Origin: Candidatus Velthaea sp.
GTDB taxonomy: Bacteria; Vulcanimicrobiota; Vulcanimicrobiia; Vulcanimicrobiales; Vulcanimicrobiaceae
Direction: 5' to 3'
NCBI GenBank assembly: GCA_050012475.1
Contig: JBEKHC010000080.1
Coordinates: 1 to 24,417 of the forward strand
Length of the DNA stretch: 24,417 bases
The notes under the pieces were generated by a model. That model was not told where the DNA came from and made no database searches. It saw only the letters and a program-made list of their open reading frames with translations. Both the position numbers and the translations under genes were made by a program. Below, in pieces: positions 8,944-19,366 of the stretch. Every line of letters starts with the position of its first letter. The first letter of the stretch is position 1.

Positions 8944-9551
8944 TTACGATCGTGGTTTGGCGCAGGCGTCGATGGCGGCTTTGGCGTCGACGCGCGTGGC
9001 CTGCCAATTTCGCAATGCGAAATCATGTTCGGCTTGCGCGTAGTGCGACTGCGCAGCGGCGAGACGGTGGTCGCGTCGCGCCGCGCAGTCGTCGAGCGTG
9101 CCGCGGGCGAGCGCTAGGAATGAGTCAGCGTCGATCGCCGCGGCGTCGGCGCCGTACAAGCCTCCGGCAACGCCGGGCTGCTGTGTCGCGGCCGGTGCCA
9201 AAGAAGCCGCTGGAACCGGCGCCGGGACCGCCGGCAGCACTTGCGCTTGCGACGCCGTGGAAAGCGCCTGCAGCGCGCTGGCGTTGGCCCCGGCGATGTT
9301 GCCGCTGCGGTACTGTTGCACCGCCTTCACGTAAACGAACGACGCGGTCTGCGCGGCCTGCGGGTCGATCTGGGCCGCTCGCGCGATCGCCAGCCGCGCC
9401 GCGAACAGAGTGCTCCCGGTCGCGCCCAGCGGCGGCGGCGCCTGAGGCAGCACGATCGGCACGGGCGCGACTTGCGCGCCCGCCGATCCGCAGAGGGCGA
9501 ACACGAGCGCTGCCGGCAATGCCGCGAGCGGGCCCGCCGCCGCGCCGGGTT

Positions 9552-9555
<4 letters not shown>
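8944..9555 (-). CDS. Hypothetical exported Ala-rich helical protein with an internal duplication
   Basis: Signal peptide ending AGA-Q; GTGA overlap with the Clp stop; two similar helical segments. Confidence 0.75.
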
Positions 9556-11507
<1,952 letters not shown>

Positions 11508-11557
11508 TACACTCCCGGCTTACCCGCTTCAAGCAGCCCTGGTTTCGCTCCCCGCGG

Positions 11558-12283
11558 TCACCGCACGACGTAGGTCGCCGAGATCGAACTCGTAACGTCG
11601 AGGTCCGATGGGCTGATCGTCGTGGGCACCGGAGCTTCGGCCTTGCTCGCGAGGCTCATCGCTGCCATCGGCATGATTCGCCCCGGAGCCGGCTCGTTCC
11701 CGAGGCGCAGAACGCGCACGATCTGCACGTGAGCAGCGGCAGCGATCGCTTGAGCCTGTGCGTACGCGTCGGCGACCGCCGCCGCCATCGCCGCCCGCTC
11801 GACCGCGTGGCGGTCGCGGAATCCGTAGCTCACGCCGTTGATCTGGGTTGCTCCGGCCGCGGTCGCCGCGTCGACGGTGGCGCCGATTTGAGCCAGTGCG
11901 GCGACCTTGATTTCGACGTTGCGCGTAACGACAAAGCCGAACAGCTGGCCGGCCTGGACCGGCGTGTTGGGGCGCGGATTGAAGTAGGACTGGATCGACG
12001 TGGAGCCGACGTCGGCAGCGGCAATCCCCAGCGCACCGAGTTTGGCCAGCAGCGCCGCATAGCGGCGATTGTTTTCCGACAGCGCTCGCGTCGCGTTGTC
12101 GTCGTTGGTAACGATCGTTGCGGCAACCGTCGCGAGGTCGGGCGCGCGGGAAACGCTGCCCTGCCCCGTTACCGTGATCGTTGCGACCGGCACATCGCGG
12201 CTCTCGATGGCGGCGCGCGCTTGCAGCGGGGTAGTTAGGCAACCGGCCGCGATCAAGGCGGCGGCGAACGTGCGAATCTGCAT
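11558..12283 (-). CDS. SIMPL (DUF541, YggE-like) exported protein
   Basis: ATG at 12283 with a signal peptide; TITVTGQGSVSRAPDLATV, AAVADAYAQAQAIAAA, C-terminal ISATYVV. Confidence 0.9.
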   Translation of the reverse strand: MQIRTFAAALIAAGCLTTPLQARAAIESRDVPVATITVTGQGSVSRAPDLATVAATIVTNDDNATRALSENNRRYAALLAKLGALGIAAADVGSTSIQSYFNPRPNTPVQAGQLFGFVVTRNVEIKVAALAQIGATVDAATAAGATQINGVSYGFRDRHAVERAAMAAAVADAYAQAQAIAAAAHVQIVRVLRLGNEPAPGRIMPMAAMSLASKAEAPVPTTISPSDLDVTSSISATYVVR

Positions 12284-12402
12284 GACGTCTGAACGCGCTC
12301 CGGTGCGCAAACGTGCTGCCAGGTTTCGATGAACCCTCCCGCGGGGAAGGAGTATCCCGTGCAGGCCGCTCCTGCCGGCCGCTCTTCTTGGAGGATTAAC
12401 AA

Positions 12403-12663
12403 GTGGGTATTCTGAGTTGGATTCTCGTCGGCTTGGTTGCGGGTTTCCTGGCAAAGTACGCGGTGCCCGGTGAAGGCCCGGGAGGAATCATCGGCGACAT
12501 CATCATCGGCATCGTCGGTGCGTTCATCGGCGGATTCATTTTCAACGCGTTCGGTCACTATGGCGTCTCGGGTCTCAATCCCTACAGCATCCTCGTCGCC
12601 TTCGTCGGAGCCGTGGTCCTGCTGTTCGTCCTGCGCGCGATCTCCGGCCGGCGCACCGTCTAA
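12403..12663 (+). CDS. GlsB/YeaQ/YmgE family stress-response membrane protein
   Basis: WILVGLVAGFLA, IIIGIVGAFIGG, VAFVGAVVLL; GGAGG ribosome-binding site, GTG start. Confidence 0.92.
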   Translation: MGILSWILVGLVAGFLAKYAVPGEGPGGIIGDIIIGIVGAFIGGFIFNAFGHYGVSGLNPYSILVAFVGAVVLLFVLRAISGRRTV

Positions 12664-12697
12664 CGAGTTCCCCGAGCGACCCCGCAAAGCGCTTGCT

Positions 12698-12735
12698 GCG
12701 CGCGCCCGTCGACTGGCGGGTGCGCGCTTTTGTTT
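12698..12735 (+). terminator. Rho-independent terminator after the GlsB-family gene
   Basis: 13-bp GC-rich stem 12698-12710/12715-12727 (two G-U pairs), GACT loop, then TTTTGTTT. Confidence 0.75.
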
Positions 12736-12817
12736 GCACCTCGGTAAAGGACACCGGAAGGAGGCGGCTAAGGAAAATGCTTCCCCGACTTTACAAGAGA
12801 GGCGTATAGACCGTTTC

Positions 12818-13060
12818 ATGGCGTACATCATTACCGAACCTTGCATTGGCACGAAGGACAAATCGTGCGTCGATGTGTGCCCGGTCGATTGCATCCACGG
12901 CGGCGACGACGACAAGCAGCTCTTCATCGATCCGGAAGTCTGTATCGATTGCGGCGCGTGTGTTTCGGCATGTCCCGTCGAGGCGATCTACGCCGACTCC
13001 GACGTTCCCGACAAGTGGAAGAACTATATCGAGATCAACGCCGCGTTCTACAAGCAGTAG
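12818..13060 (+). CDS. Dicluster (7Fe, [3Fe-4S]+[4Fe-4S]) ferredoxin, 80 aa
   Basis: MAYIITEPC-x7-CVDVCPVDCI and CIDCGACVSACP; GAGG ribosome-binding site. Confidence 0.93.
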   Translation: MAYIITEPCIGTKDKSCVDVCPVDCIHGGDDDKQLFIDPEVCIDCGACVSACPVEAIYADSDVPDKWKNYIEINAAFYKQ

Positions 13061-13121
13061 ACTCGTCGGCCGACCGGACGCACCGCCCGCAGACCATCGC
13101 CCCCGTCCCCGCAGCGCGAAC

Positions 13122-13823
13122 GTGAGACGCGCGGTGGCGCGCGAGCTGATGGACGATCCGATCGATTCGCTGGCCGAACTCGAGGCCAATCTCGCCGACA
13201 TCGAGTTCGCCAACCGTGCCTTTGGCGGCATCGGACCCGTGCTTCGCGAAGTGCGCCGTTGTCGGGCGCGAACATTGCTCGACGTTTGCTGCGGCAGCGC
13301 CGACGTGCCGTTAGCGATCGTTCGCGATGCGCGCCGGCGCGGCAGGCATATCGCGCTCACCCTGCTGGATCGCAGCGCTCAGATGCTCACGATCGCGCGC
13401 CAGCGTGCGCGCGGCGAAACGGACGCCGCCTTCGTGGCGGGCGATGCCGCCGCGCTCCCGTTCGCCGACGCGGCGTTCGATGTGGTCACCTGCAACTTGG
13501 CGCTCCATCATTTCGAGCCGGACTTCGCACGGCTGTTGTTGCGCGAATTGCGGCGCGTCGCGCGCACGATGCCGATCGTCAGCGACCTGCGCCGGTCGCC
13601 GGCGGCATATGCCGCCGCGCTTGCCTGGTCGCGCGTTGCTTCGCGCAATCGGCTCACGCGTCACGATGCGCCGCTCTCGGTCCGGCGCGCCTATACCGTG
13701 ACCGAAGCGCGCGCGTTGGCACTAAGCGCCGGCTGGCCGGCGCCGTGCGTGCGCAAGGAAGCGTTCTTTCGACTGACGATGACCGACACGTCGTCGCTCG
13801 CGGCCGGAGGAACACGCTCCTGA
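13122..13823 (+). CDS. Class I SAM-dependent methyltransferase of the type found beside type III PKS genes
   Basis: GTG start; ELMDD..L..I..ANR.FGG N-terminus, LLDVCCGSAD, FDVVTCNLALHHF, HDAPLSVRRAYT. Confidence 0.85.
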   Translation: MRRAVARELMDDPIDSLAELEANLADIEFANRAFGGIGPVLREVRRCRARTLLDVCCGSADVPLAIVRDARRRGRHIALTLLDRSAQMLTIARQRARGETDAAFVAGDAAALPFADAAFDVVTCNLALHHFEPDFARLLLRELRRVARTMPIVSDLRRSPAAYAAALAWSRVASRNRLTRHDAPLSVRRAYTVTEARALALSAGWPAPCVRKEAFFRLTMTDTSSLAAGGTRS

Positions 13824-14995
13824 GCGACGTCGTCATCGTCGGCGGCGGACCTGCCGGCAGCGCGACCGCGCTGCGCCTGGCGCGTGCCGGCGTCGACGTA
13901 ACGCTCGTCGAGCGCACGCGATTTCCGCGGCGCAAGGTCTGTGGCGAATATCAAAACAGCGGCGCGGTGGAAGCGCTGGACCGGCTCGGTTTGCTCGAAC
14001 GCGTTCGCGCGGTCGCGCAAACCTTGCGCGGCATCCGGTTGATCGCGGCGCACGCCCCGATGGTGGAACTCGCCTTCGCTCGCACCGCCTTGGCCTGCGA
14101 CCGCGCGACGCTGGACATGCTGCTGCTCGACGCGGCCGTGGCCGCCGGGGTCAAACTCGTCCGCGGCCGGGTCGAGACGCTCCTATTCGACGGCCCGAGC
14201 GTCGCGGGGGTCGTCTACCGCGATGAAGTGGGCGAATCGCAAACGGTGCGCGCACGCTACGTGGCCGGCGCCGACGGGGCCGGCTCGATCGTCGCGCGCA
14301 AATTGGGTGTGACGCTGCCGTTGAGCCGTGCCCGTCGCTTCGCGGTCGGCGGACACTATCGCGGCTTCGGCGACCTCGACGGGTTCATCGAGATGTACGT
14401 CGGCGGAGAGGCGTATTTTGCCATCAATCCGCTCGACGCGGTGCGGACGAACGTGATGGTCGTCGTTCCGCACGCCGAACTCGGGCGCTGGTCGCGCGAC
14501 GTGGACGACGGTGTGCGCGGCAAGGCCGCGGAACTGGGCGACGGCCGCCGTTCGTTCGCCAGCGTGCAGCGGATCGGCGACCGCGTGTCGTTCGGCCCGC
14601 TCGAACATCGCGTCCGTTCGCCGATCGCGCCCGGTGCGCTGCTCATCGGCGATGCGGCCGGCATGCTCAACCCGTTCACCGGGCAAGGCGTGTATCTCGC
14701 GTTGACCGGGGCGGAAGCCGCCGGCACCGCGATTCTGGCTGCGCTGCGCGATCGCCGCGCCGAGGCATCGGCGTTCGCGCGTTACGCCACCTATCGGACG
14801 CGCGATTTTCGCGCGCGCAGTGCGCTGTGCACGCTGGTGACCACGGTCGTCGACGTCAAGCCGCTGGCACGCCGCACGGCAAGCCGGCTGCAGCGGCATC
14901 CGGCGGCGCGTGCAGCGCTCGTCGACGCCATCGCCAGCCTCGTTCAGCCGCAGCGAGCCTTCGCTCCGGGTGTCCTCGGCCGGCTGTTGATTTGA
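13820..14995 (+). CDS. FAD-dependent oxidoreductase (geranylgeranyl reductase / aromatic hydroxylase fold), probable CTG start
   Basis: DVVIVGGGPAG, FPRRKVCGE, GADGAGS, IGDAAGMLNPFTGQG; GGAGG 9 nt before a CTGA overlap. Confidence 0.88.
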   Translation: MSDVVIVGGGPAGSATALRLARAGVDVTLVERTRFPRRKVCGEYQNSGAVEALDRLGLLERVRAVAQTLRGIRLIAAHAPMVELAFARTALACDRATLDMLLLDAAVAAGVKLVRGRVETLLFDGPSVAGVVYRDEVGESQTVRARYVAGADGAGSIVARKLGVTLPLSRARRFAVGGHYRGFGDLDGFIEMYVGGEAYFAINPLDAVRTNVMVVVPHAELGRWSRDVDDGVRGKAAELGDGRRSFASVQRIGDRVSFGPLEHRVRSPIAPGALLIGDAAGMLNPFTGQGVYLALTGAEAAGTAILAALRDRRAEASAFARYATYRTRDFRARSALCTLVTTVVDVKPLARRTASRLQRHPAARAALVDAIASLVQPQRAFAPGVLGRLLI

Positions 14996-15444
14996 ACGTC
15001 ACGACGACGGAGATCGAGATCGCCGCTCCGGCGGCCACGATCTTCGGTTTCGCCGCGGCCACCGCGCGCTGGCCGCTCTTCTTGCCGCACTACCGCTACG
15101 TGCGCGTTCGCGAACGCGACGGCCGGCGTCAAATCATCGAGATGGCGGCTTGGCGCGATTGCTTTCCGTTGCGCTGGATCGCCGAGCAGATCGACGACCC
15201 GGAGCGCCCGCACATCTCGTTTCGTCACCTCGCCGGTCCGACCCGCGGCATGGAGGTCGAGTGGCTGTTCGAACCGATCGGCGACCGCACGCACGTGACG
15301 ATCGTGCACCGGCTCGATTTCGCCTTTCCGATAGCCGCAGCGTTCCTGGGCAAGTACGTTGTGGGTGAGTACTTTATCGAGGGTGTCGCGAAGCGGACGT
15401 TGCGCTGCATGAAAGCCATTTCAGAAGCCGCGGTCGGCGTTTGA
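14992..15444 (+). CDS. SRPBCC / polyketide cyclase-aromatase family protein, 150 aa
   Basis: EIEIAAP, RWPLFLPHY, ISFRHLAGPTRGMEVEW; TTGA overlaps at both ends. Confidence 0.85.
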   Translation: MNVTTTEIEIAAPAATIFGFAAATARWPLFLPHYRYVRVRERDGRRQIIEMAAWRDCFPLRWIAEQIDDPERPHISFRHLAGPTRGMEVEWLFEPIGDRTHVTIVHRLDFAFPIAAAFLGKYVVGEYFIEGVAKRTLRCMKAISEAAVGV

Positions 15445-16673
15445 CGTCCGCGCATCGCGTCGTGGTGAGCGGGATCGGTCTCGTGACGCCGCTGGGCATC
15501 GGCAAGGACGCGTTTTGGAGCAGCGTCCTCGCCGGGCGGATCGCCGTCGATCGACTGAACCGGTTCGCGACCGCGGGGTATCGCTCGCGTCTGGCGGCCC
15601 AGATCGACGACTTCGATCCGGCCCTCTTTCTGAGCGAACGGCGGCGGCGCTGGATGGACCGCTTTTCGCAATTCGCCGTCGTCGCGGCACGGCTCGCGCT
15701 CGACGACGCGCGGCTGCCGCTCGCGGGCGAATATCCGGACATCGGCGTGTACGTCGGCTCGGCGCTCGGGGGCTTGGCGTATGCCGACGAACAGCACGAC
15801 GTCTTTCGGCGCGACGGATTGGCCGGCGTGCGCCCGCTGCTTGCAATCTCGGTTTTCGGCGGCGCCTCGACGTGCAACATCTCGATCGAGTTCGGCTTTA
15901 CCGGCCCCAATGTCGCCAACGGCAACTCGTGCGCGTCGGGTGCGGTCGCGATCGGCGACGCGTTTCGCGCGATCGCCCGCGGGGACATGCGCGCGGCGCT
16001 CGCGGGCGGGGTCGAAGCGCCGCTCTCGCCGCTCATTTTCGGCGCGTTTACGGTGATCCGGGCGATGTCGACGCGCAATGCTGACCCAAAGGGGGCAAGC
16101 CGGCCGTTCGATCGCGAACGCGACGGGTTCGTCATGGCCGAAGGGGCCGGCATCCTCTTCCTCGAGCGGCTCGACGACGCGCTCGCGCGCGGAGCGCACA
16201 TCTACGGCGAGATCGCCGGTTTCGGTTTGACCAACGATGCGCATCACATGTCCGCTCCGCGCCCCGACGGTGTCGCCAACGCGGCGGCCATGCGCCGCGC
16301 GCTGTCCGAGGGCGGACTTCGGCCGAGCGACGTGGACGTCGTCAACGCGCACGGTTCGGGGACGCCGCTGGGCGACAAGAGTGAGGCGCTTGCCATCAAC
16401 ACGGTGTTCGAGGGCCGCGCCGTCCCGGTCACGGCGACCAAAGGCCAGCACGGCCATGCGCTGGGCGCGACCGGGGCCTGGGAAGCCGCCCTATCGCTGC
16501 TGACCTTCGCGCACCAAATCGTTCCGAAGACCGTCAATCATGAATATGACGATCCGGACTGCCCGCTGGCGATCACGCGCGAACCTTTGGAGCTTGCGCC
16601 CCGCGTCATCCTCAGCAACAGCGCCGGCTTCGGTGGAATCAATGCGGCGCTCGTCTTTCGCGCCTTCGAGTAA
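15441..16673 (+). CDS. FabF/KS-alpha-like beta-ketoacyl synthase
   Basis: RVVVSGIG, catalytic Cys (NSCASG), His (NAHGSGT), His (KGQHGH), SRPFD, GFVMAEG, GFGG. Confidence 0.93.
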   Translation: MTSAHRVVVSGIGLVTPLGIGKDAFWSSVLAGRIAVDRLNRFATAGYRSRLAAQIDDFDPALFLSERRRRWMDRFSQFAVVAARLALDDARLPLAGEYPDIGVYVGSALGGLAYADEQHDVFRRDGLAGVRPLLAISVFGGASTCNISIEFGFTGPNVANGNSCASGAVAIGDAFRAIARGDMRAALAGGVEAPLSPLIFGAFTVIRAMSTRNADPKGASRPFDRERDGFVMAEGAGILFLERLDDALARGAHIYGEIAGFGLTNDAHHMSAPRPDGVANAAAMRRALSEGGLRPSDVDVVNAHGSGTPLGDKSEALAINTVFEGRAVPVTATKGQHGHALGATGAWEAALSLLTFAHQIVPKTVNHEYDDPDCPLAITREPLELAPRVILSNSAGFGGINAALVFRAFE

Positions 16674-17349
16674 CACGGCTGTCGCGCCGGTCGTCGTGCG
16701 CGACGTGCGCAAAACCTATACCGGCAGCGGCGACCCGGTCAGTGCGCTGGCCGGCGTGTCGCTCGAAGTCCGGGCCGGCGAGATGGTCGCGCTGGTCGGG
16801 CCGAGCGGCTGCGGCAAGAGCACGCTGCTCAACCTCGTCGGCTGTGTCGACCTCCCGACGTCGGGCCACGTCATCGTCGACGGCCGAGTGACCGACGACC
16901 TCGATGACGACGCGCTCACCATCTTGCGCCGCGACCGGGTTGGCACGATCTTTCAATTTTTTAACTTACTGCCCGCGCTCAATATTTTCGACAATGTCGG
17001 CCTGCCGCTGGTCTTGCAGCGCTTGCCGAAGGCGCAAATCGCGGCGCGGGTCGAAGCCGTGCTGGCCGAAGTCGGCATCGCCGATAAGCGGCAGGCGTTT
17101 CCGGCGCAAGTCTCCGGGGGCCAGATGCAGCGCGCGGCCATCGCTCGCGCGATCGTTCACGCGCCGGCGATTCTCTTGGCCGACGAGCCGACCGGCAATC
17201 TCGATACCGCGAACGGCGAAAAGGTTCTCCGTTTACTGCGGGCTCTCGCCGACGGCGGCCAAGCAATTCTGATGGCAACGCACAGCACGGAAGCCGCCGC
17301 GATCTGCGACCGGACGATCCGTATGCAGGACGGTTGCATCGTCGTCTAA
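16642..17349 (+). CDS. LolD/MacB-like ABC transporter ATP-binding protein (start uncertain: ATG 16642 or GTG 16696)
   Basis: GPSGCGKST, IFQFFNLLP, VSGGQMQR, LADEPTGNLD, MATH. Confidence 0.9.
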   Translation: MRRSSFAPSSNTAVAPVVVRDVRKTYTGSGDPVSALAGVSLEVRAGEMVALVGPSGCGKSTLLNLVGCVDLPTSGHVIVDGRVTDDLDDDALTILRRDRVGTIFQFFNLLPALNIFDNVGLPLVLQRLPKAQIAARVEAVLAEVGIADKRQAFPAQVSGGQMQRAAIARAIVHAPAILLADEPTGNLDTANGEKVLRLLRALADGGQAILMATHSTEAAAICDRTIRMQDGCIVV

Positions 17350-17358
17350 GGACCGGCA

Positions 17359-17387
17359 CTCCACTTCTTGCCGGGTTCGGCCGACTA
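17359..17387 (+). promoter_or_regulatory. Putative sigma28 (FliA/SigD)-type promoter CTCCAC-N15-GCCGACTA
   Basis: GCCGA -10 core upstream of chemotaxis genes; the same architecture recurs upstream of cheR. Confidence 0.45.
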
Positions 17388-17427
17388 CTAGGGGGACAAT
17401 CTCGAATTCCCCCTGCGAGGATCCTGC

Positions 17428-18984
17428 GTGCACTTTCCGTTTGGCGCCGACATCGGCCGACGGCGTGAAACACGGCTCGTCCTGGGCGCTGCCGCGTTGG
17501 AGCTGCTCGGTGCCGTGCTCGTCGTCTGCGGCGGAGCCTGGGCGTTCGCGGGCATCGTCTGCGGATGCGCGGCCTTGGGAGTGGCGCTAGGGCTGGTTCG
17601 CCGGGCGGTCACCGACGGCGCGCGGCACGCGCGCGAAGCGGCGGCAGCTCGGGCTGACCGTGCCGCTGCCGATGCCGCGAGCATTGGGGCGGCGCGCGAG
17701 CGCGATCGGCTGCGGGCCGCGCTCGATGCGAGTTCCGTTCGGCTGGTCGTGCTCGACGAGCGCGGCGAGCAGTGTTACACGGCTCCTGCCTTGGCGCCGT
17801 TGCTCGGCCCCAGCGGCGATGCGGCACTGCGTCTTTGGTTTGCCGGCTTCGTGGCGCGCATCGAAGCAAGTCCGAGCGGGAGCGAGCCCAGCGCGGCGGG
17901 CGACGAGCGCTTTGCGGTGCGCGCGATCCCGCTGGCGTTGGATTCGACAGCGGCCGGTCATGCGTTCGAGTGGCTGCCGCAGGCTGACGATTTCGCGTCC
18001 GGCGACGGGATCGAAGAGGCCTCGACGTTCGATTCGCAAGCGGAAGCGATCGTATCGGCTCCGGCCTTCGTCGAGCGCGATTTTACCATTGCGCGCCGCG
18101 AGCTCAGTGAGGGCCACGCCGATCTCGACCAGATCAGCGAAATCGTCCGCAACGCCGTCGACAGCCTCATTCCGTGCTTTGTCGAAATCTTTGCGAAGAC
18201 GAAAGACCAGCAGAAACTCGCGCTGGCGCTGATTTCGCAAGCCAACAGCAGCGACATCGCCGTCGTCGACGTCGTGCCGCCGGGTGCGTCGGTCGAGAAG
18301 TATTTCAAGGAATCACTGTCGACGTTCCGGGATGCCGCCGACCGGCAGCAACGCACGTTCGAGGTCTTCGGCAATCTGAACGATGCGCTGGCGCGCGTCG
18401 ACAGTAACATGGGCGCGGTGCTGCACGTGTTTGCCGAGATCGAAGAGATTGCGTTTCAGACCGATTTACTGGCGCTCAATGCCAAGATCGAGGCTGCCCA
18501 CGCGGGTACGAAGGGTGCCGGCTTCGCGGTGGTTGCCAACGAAGTCCAGAAACTCGCTGCGCGCTCGTCGCGCTACAGCATCGAACTGCGCGACCGGGTC
18601 GACGCTTTGGCCACCGACTTGCGTGAAACGCGCGCGACACTGGCCGAGGCCGCCGCCGGCGGCGCGGCGACCGGACAAGAGTTCATCAGCCGCATCGAAA
18701 CGATGACCGAAGAAGCGCATATCGTGCTCAAGGCCATGCTCGACTCGGCCGCGCGGCTGGCTTCACTCACCGACAACATCGGCACCAACGTTTCGAGCGC
18801 CGTTCGCGAGCTGCAATTTCAAGACATGGTCGCGCAACTCTTACAGCATCAAAAGGCGCGGCTCGACCTCATCGGTGCCGATCTCGGATCTGAATCGAAC
18901 GCTGAACTGCTGAGCGGACACTCGACGCTGCACAAAGCCGTTTCCCAACACGACCTGACGGCCGGAACCGTCGATCTTTTCTAG
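17428..18984 (+). CDS. Atypical MCP-like chemotaxis protein (hydrophobic N-terminus, degenerate PAS-like region, MCP hairpin, QFQD motif)
   Basis: [33 protein letters not shown] hairpin; LQFQDMVAQ; directly upstream of cheY. Confidence 0.85.
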   Translation: MHFPFGADIGRRRETRLVLGAAALELLGAVLVVCGGAWAFAGIVCGCAALGVALGLVRRAVTDGARHAREAAAARADRAAADAASIGAARERDRLRAALDASSVRLVVLDERGEQCYTAPALAPLLGPSGDAALRLWFAGFVARIEASPSGSEPSAAGDERFAVRAIPLALDSTAAGHAFEWLPQADDFASGDGIEEASTFDSQAEAIVSAPAFVERDFTIARRELSEGHADLDQISEIVRNAVDSLIPCFVEIFAKTKDQQKLALALISQANSSDIAVVDVVPPGASVEKYFKESLSTFRDAADRQQRTFEVFGNLNDALARVDSNMGAVLHVFAEIEEIAFQTDLLALNAKIEAAHAGTKGAGFAVVANEVQKLAARSSRYSIELRDRVDALATDLRETRATLAEAAAGGAATGQEFISRIETMTEEAHIVLKAMLDSAARLASLTDNIGTNVSSAVRELQFQDMVAQLLQHQKARLDLIGADLGSESNAELLSGHSTLHKAVSQHDLTAGTVDLF

Positions 18985-18996
18985 GAGAGCTCTAAG

Positions 18997-19362
18997 ATGG
19001 CAAAAACGATCCTGACGGTCGACGACTCGGCGTCGATTCGAAAGATGGTCGCGATGACGATCACCAGTGCGGGGTATGCCGTCGTGGAGGCCGTCGACGG
19101 CGAAGACGGGTTGGCGAAAGCCAAGCAGCACGACATCGCGCTCGTGCTGACCGACCAAAACATGCCGAAGATGGACGGTTTGACGCTCGTGCGCAGCTTG
19201 CGCGCGCTGCCCAAGTACAAGACGACGCCGATTCTGGTCTTGACCACGGAAGCGAGTCCGGAGATGAAGGCCAAAGGGAAAGCGGCTGCGGCGACCGGCT
19301 GGCTCGTCAAGCCATTCGACCCGACGACGTTGCTCGACGTCCTGCGCCGCGTTTTGGGGTAA
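18997..19362 (+). CDS. cheY: Chemotaxis response regulator CheY
   Basis: Stand-alone REC domain: VDDS, LTDQNMPKMDG, LTTE, GWLVKPF; upstream of cheA. Confidence 0.92.
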   Translation: MAKTILTVDDSASIRKMVAMTITSAGYAVVEAVDGEDGLAKAKQHDIALVLTDQNMPKMDGLTLVRSLRALPKYKTTPILVLTTEASPEMKAKGKAAAATGWLVKPFDPTTLLDVLRRVLG

Positions 19363-19366
19363 TGCA

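Noticed and set aside
12322..12349. SigB/SigF-like GGTTT-N17-GGGAAG upstream of the GlsB-family gene, and GGGTAA upstream of the Clp gene
   Set aside because: Fits a stress gene, but the match is short and imperfect and the Clp site lacks the -35 element
13259..13819. N-terminal extensions of listed ORFs (13259, 12846, 12437, 14827, 23385, 24146, 12454)
   Set aside because: They overlap neighbouring genes or intergenic DNA; family motifs begin at the downstream starts called above
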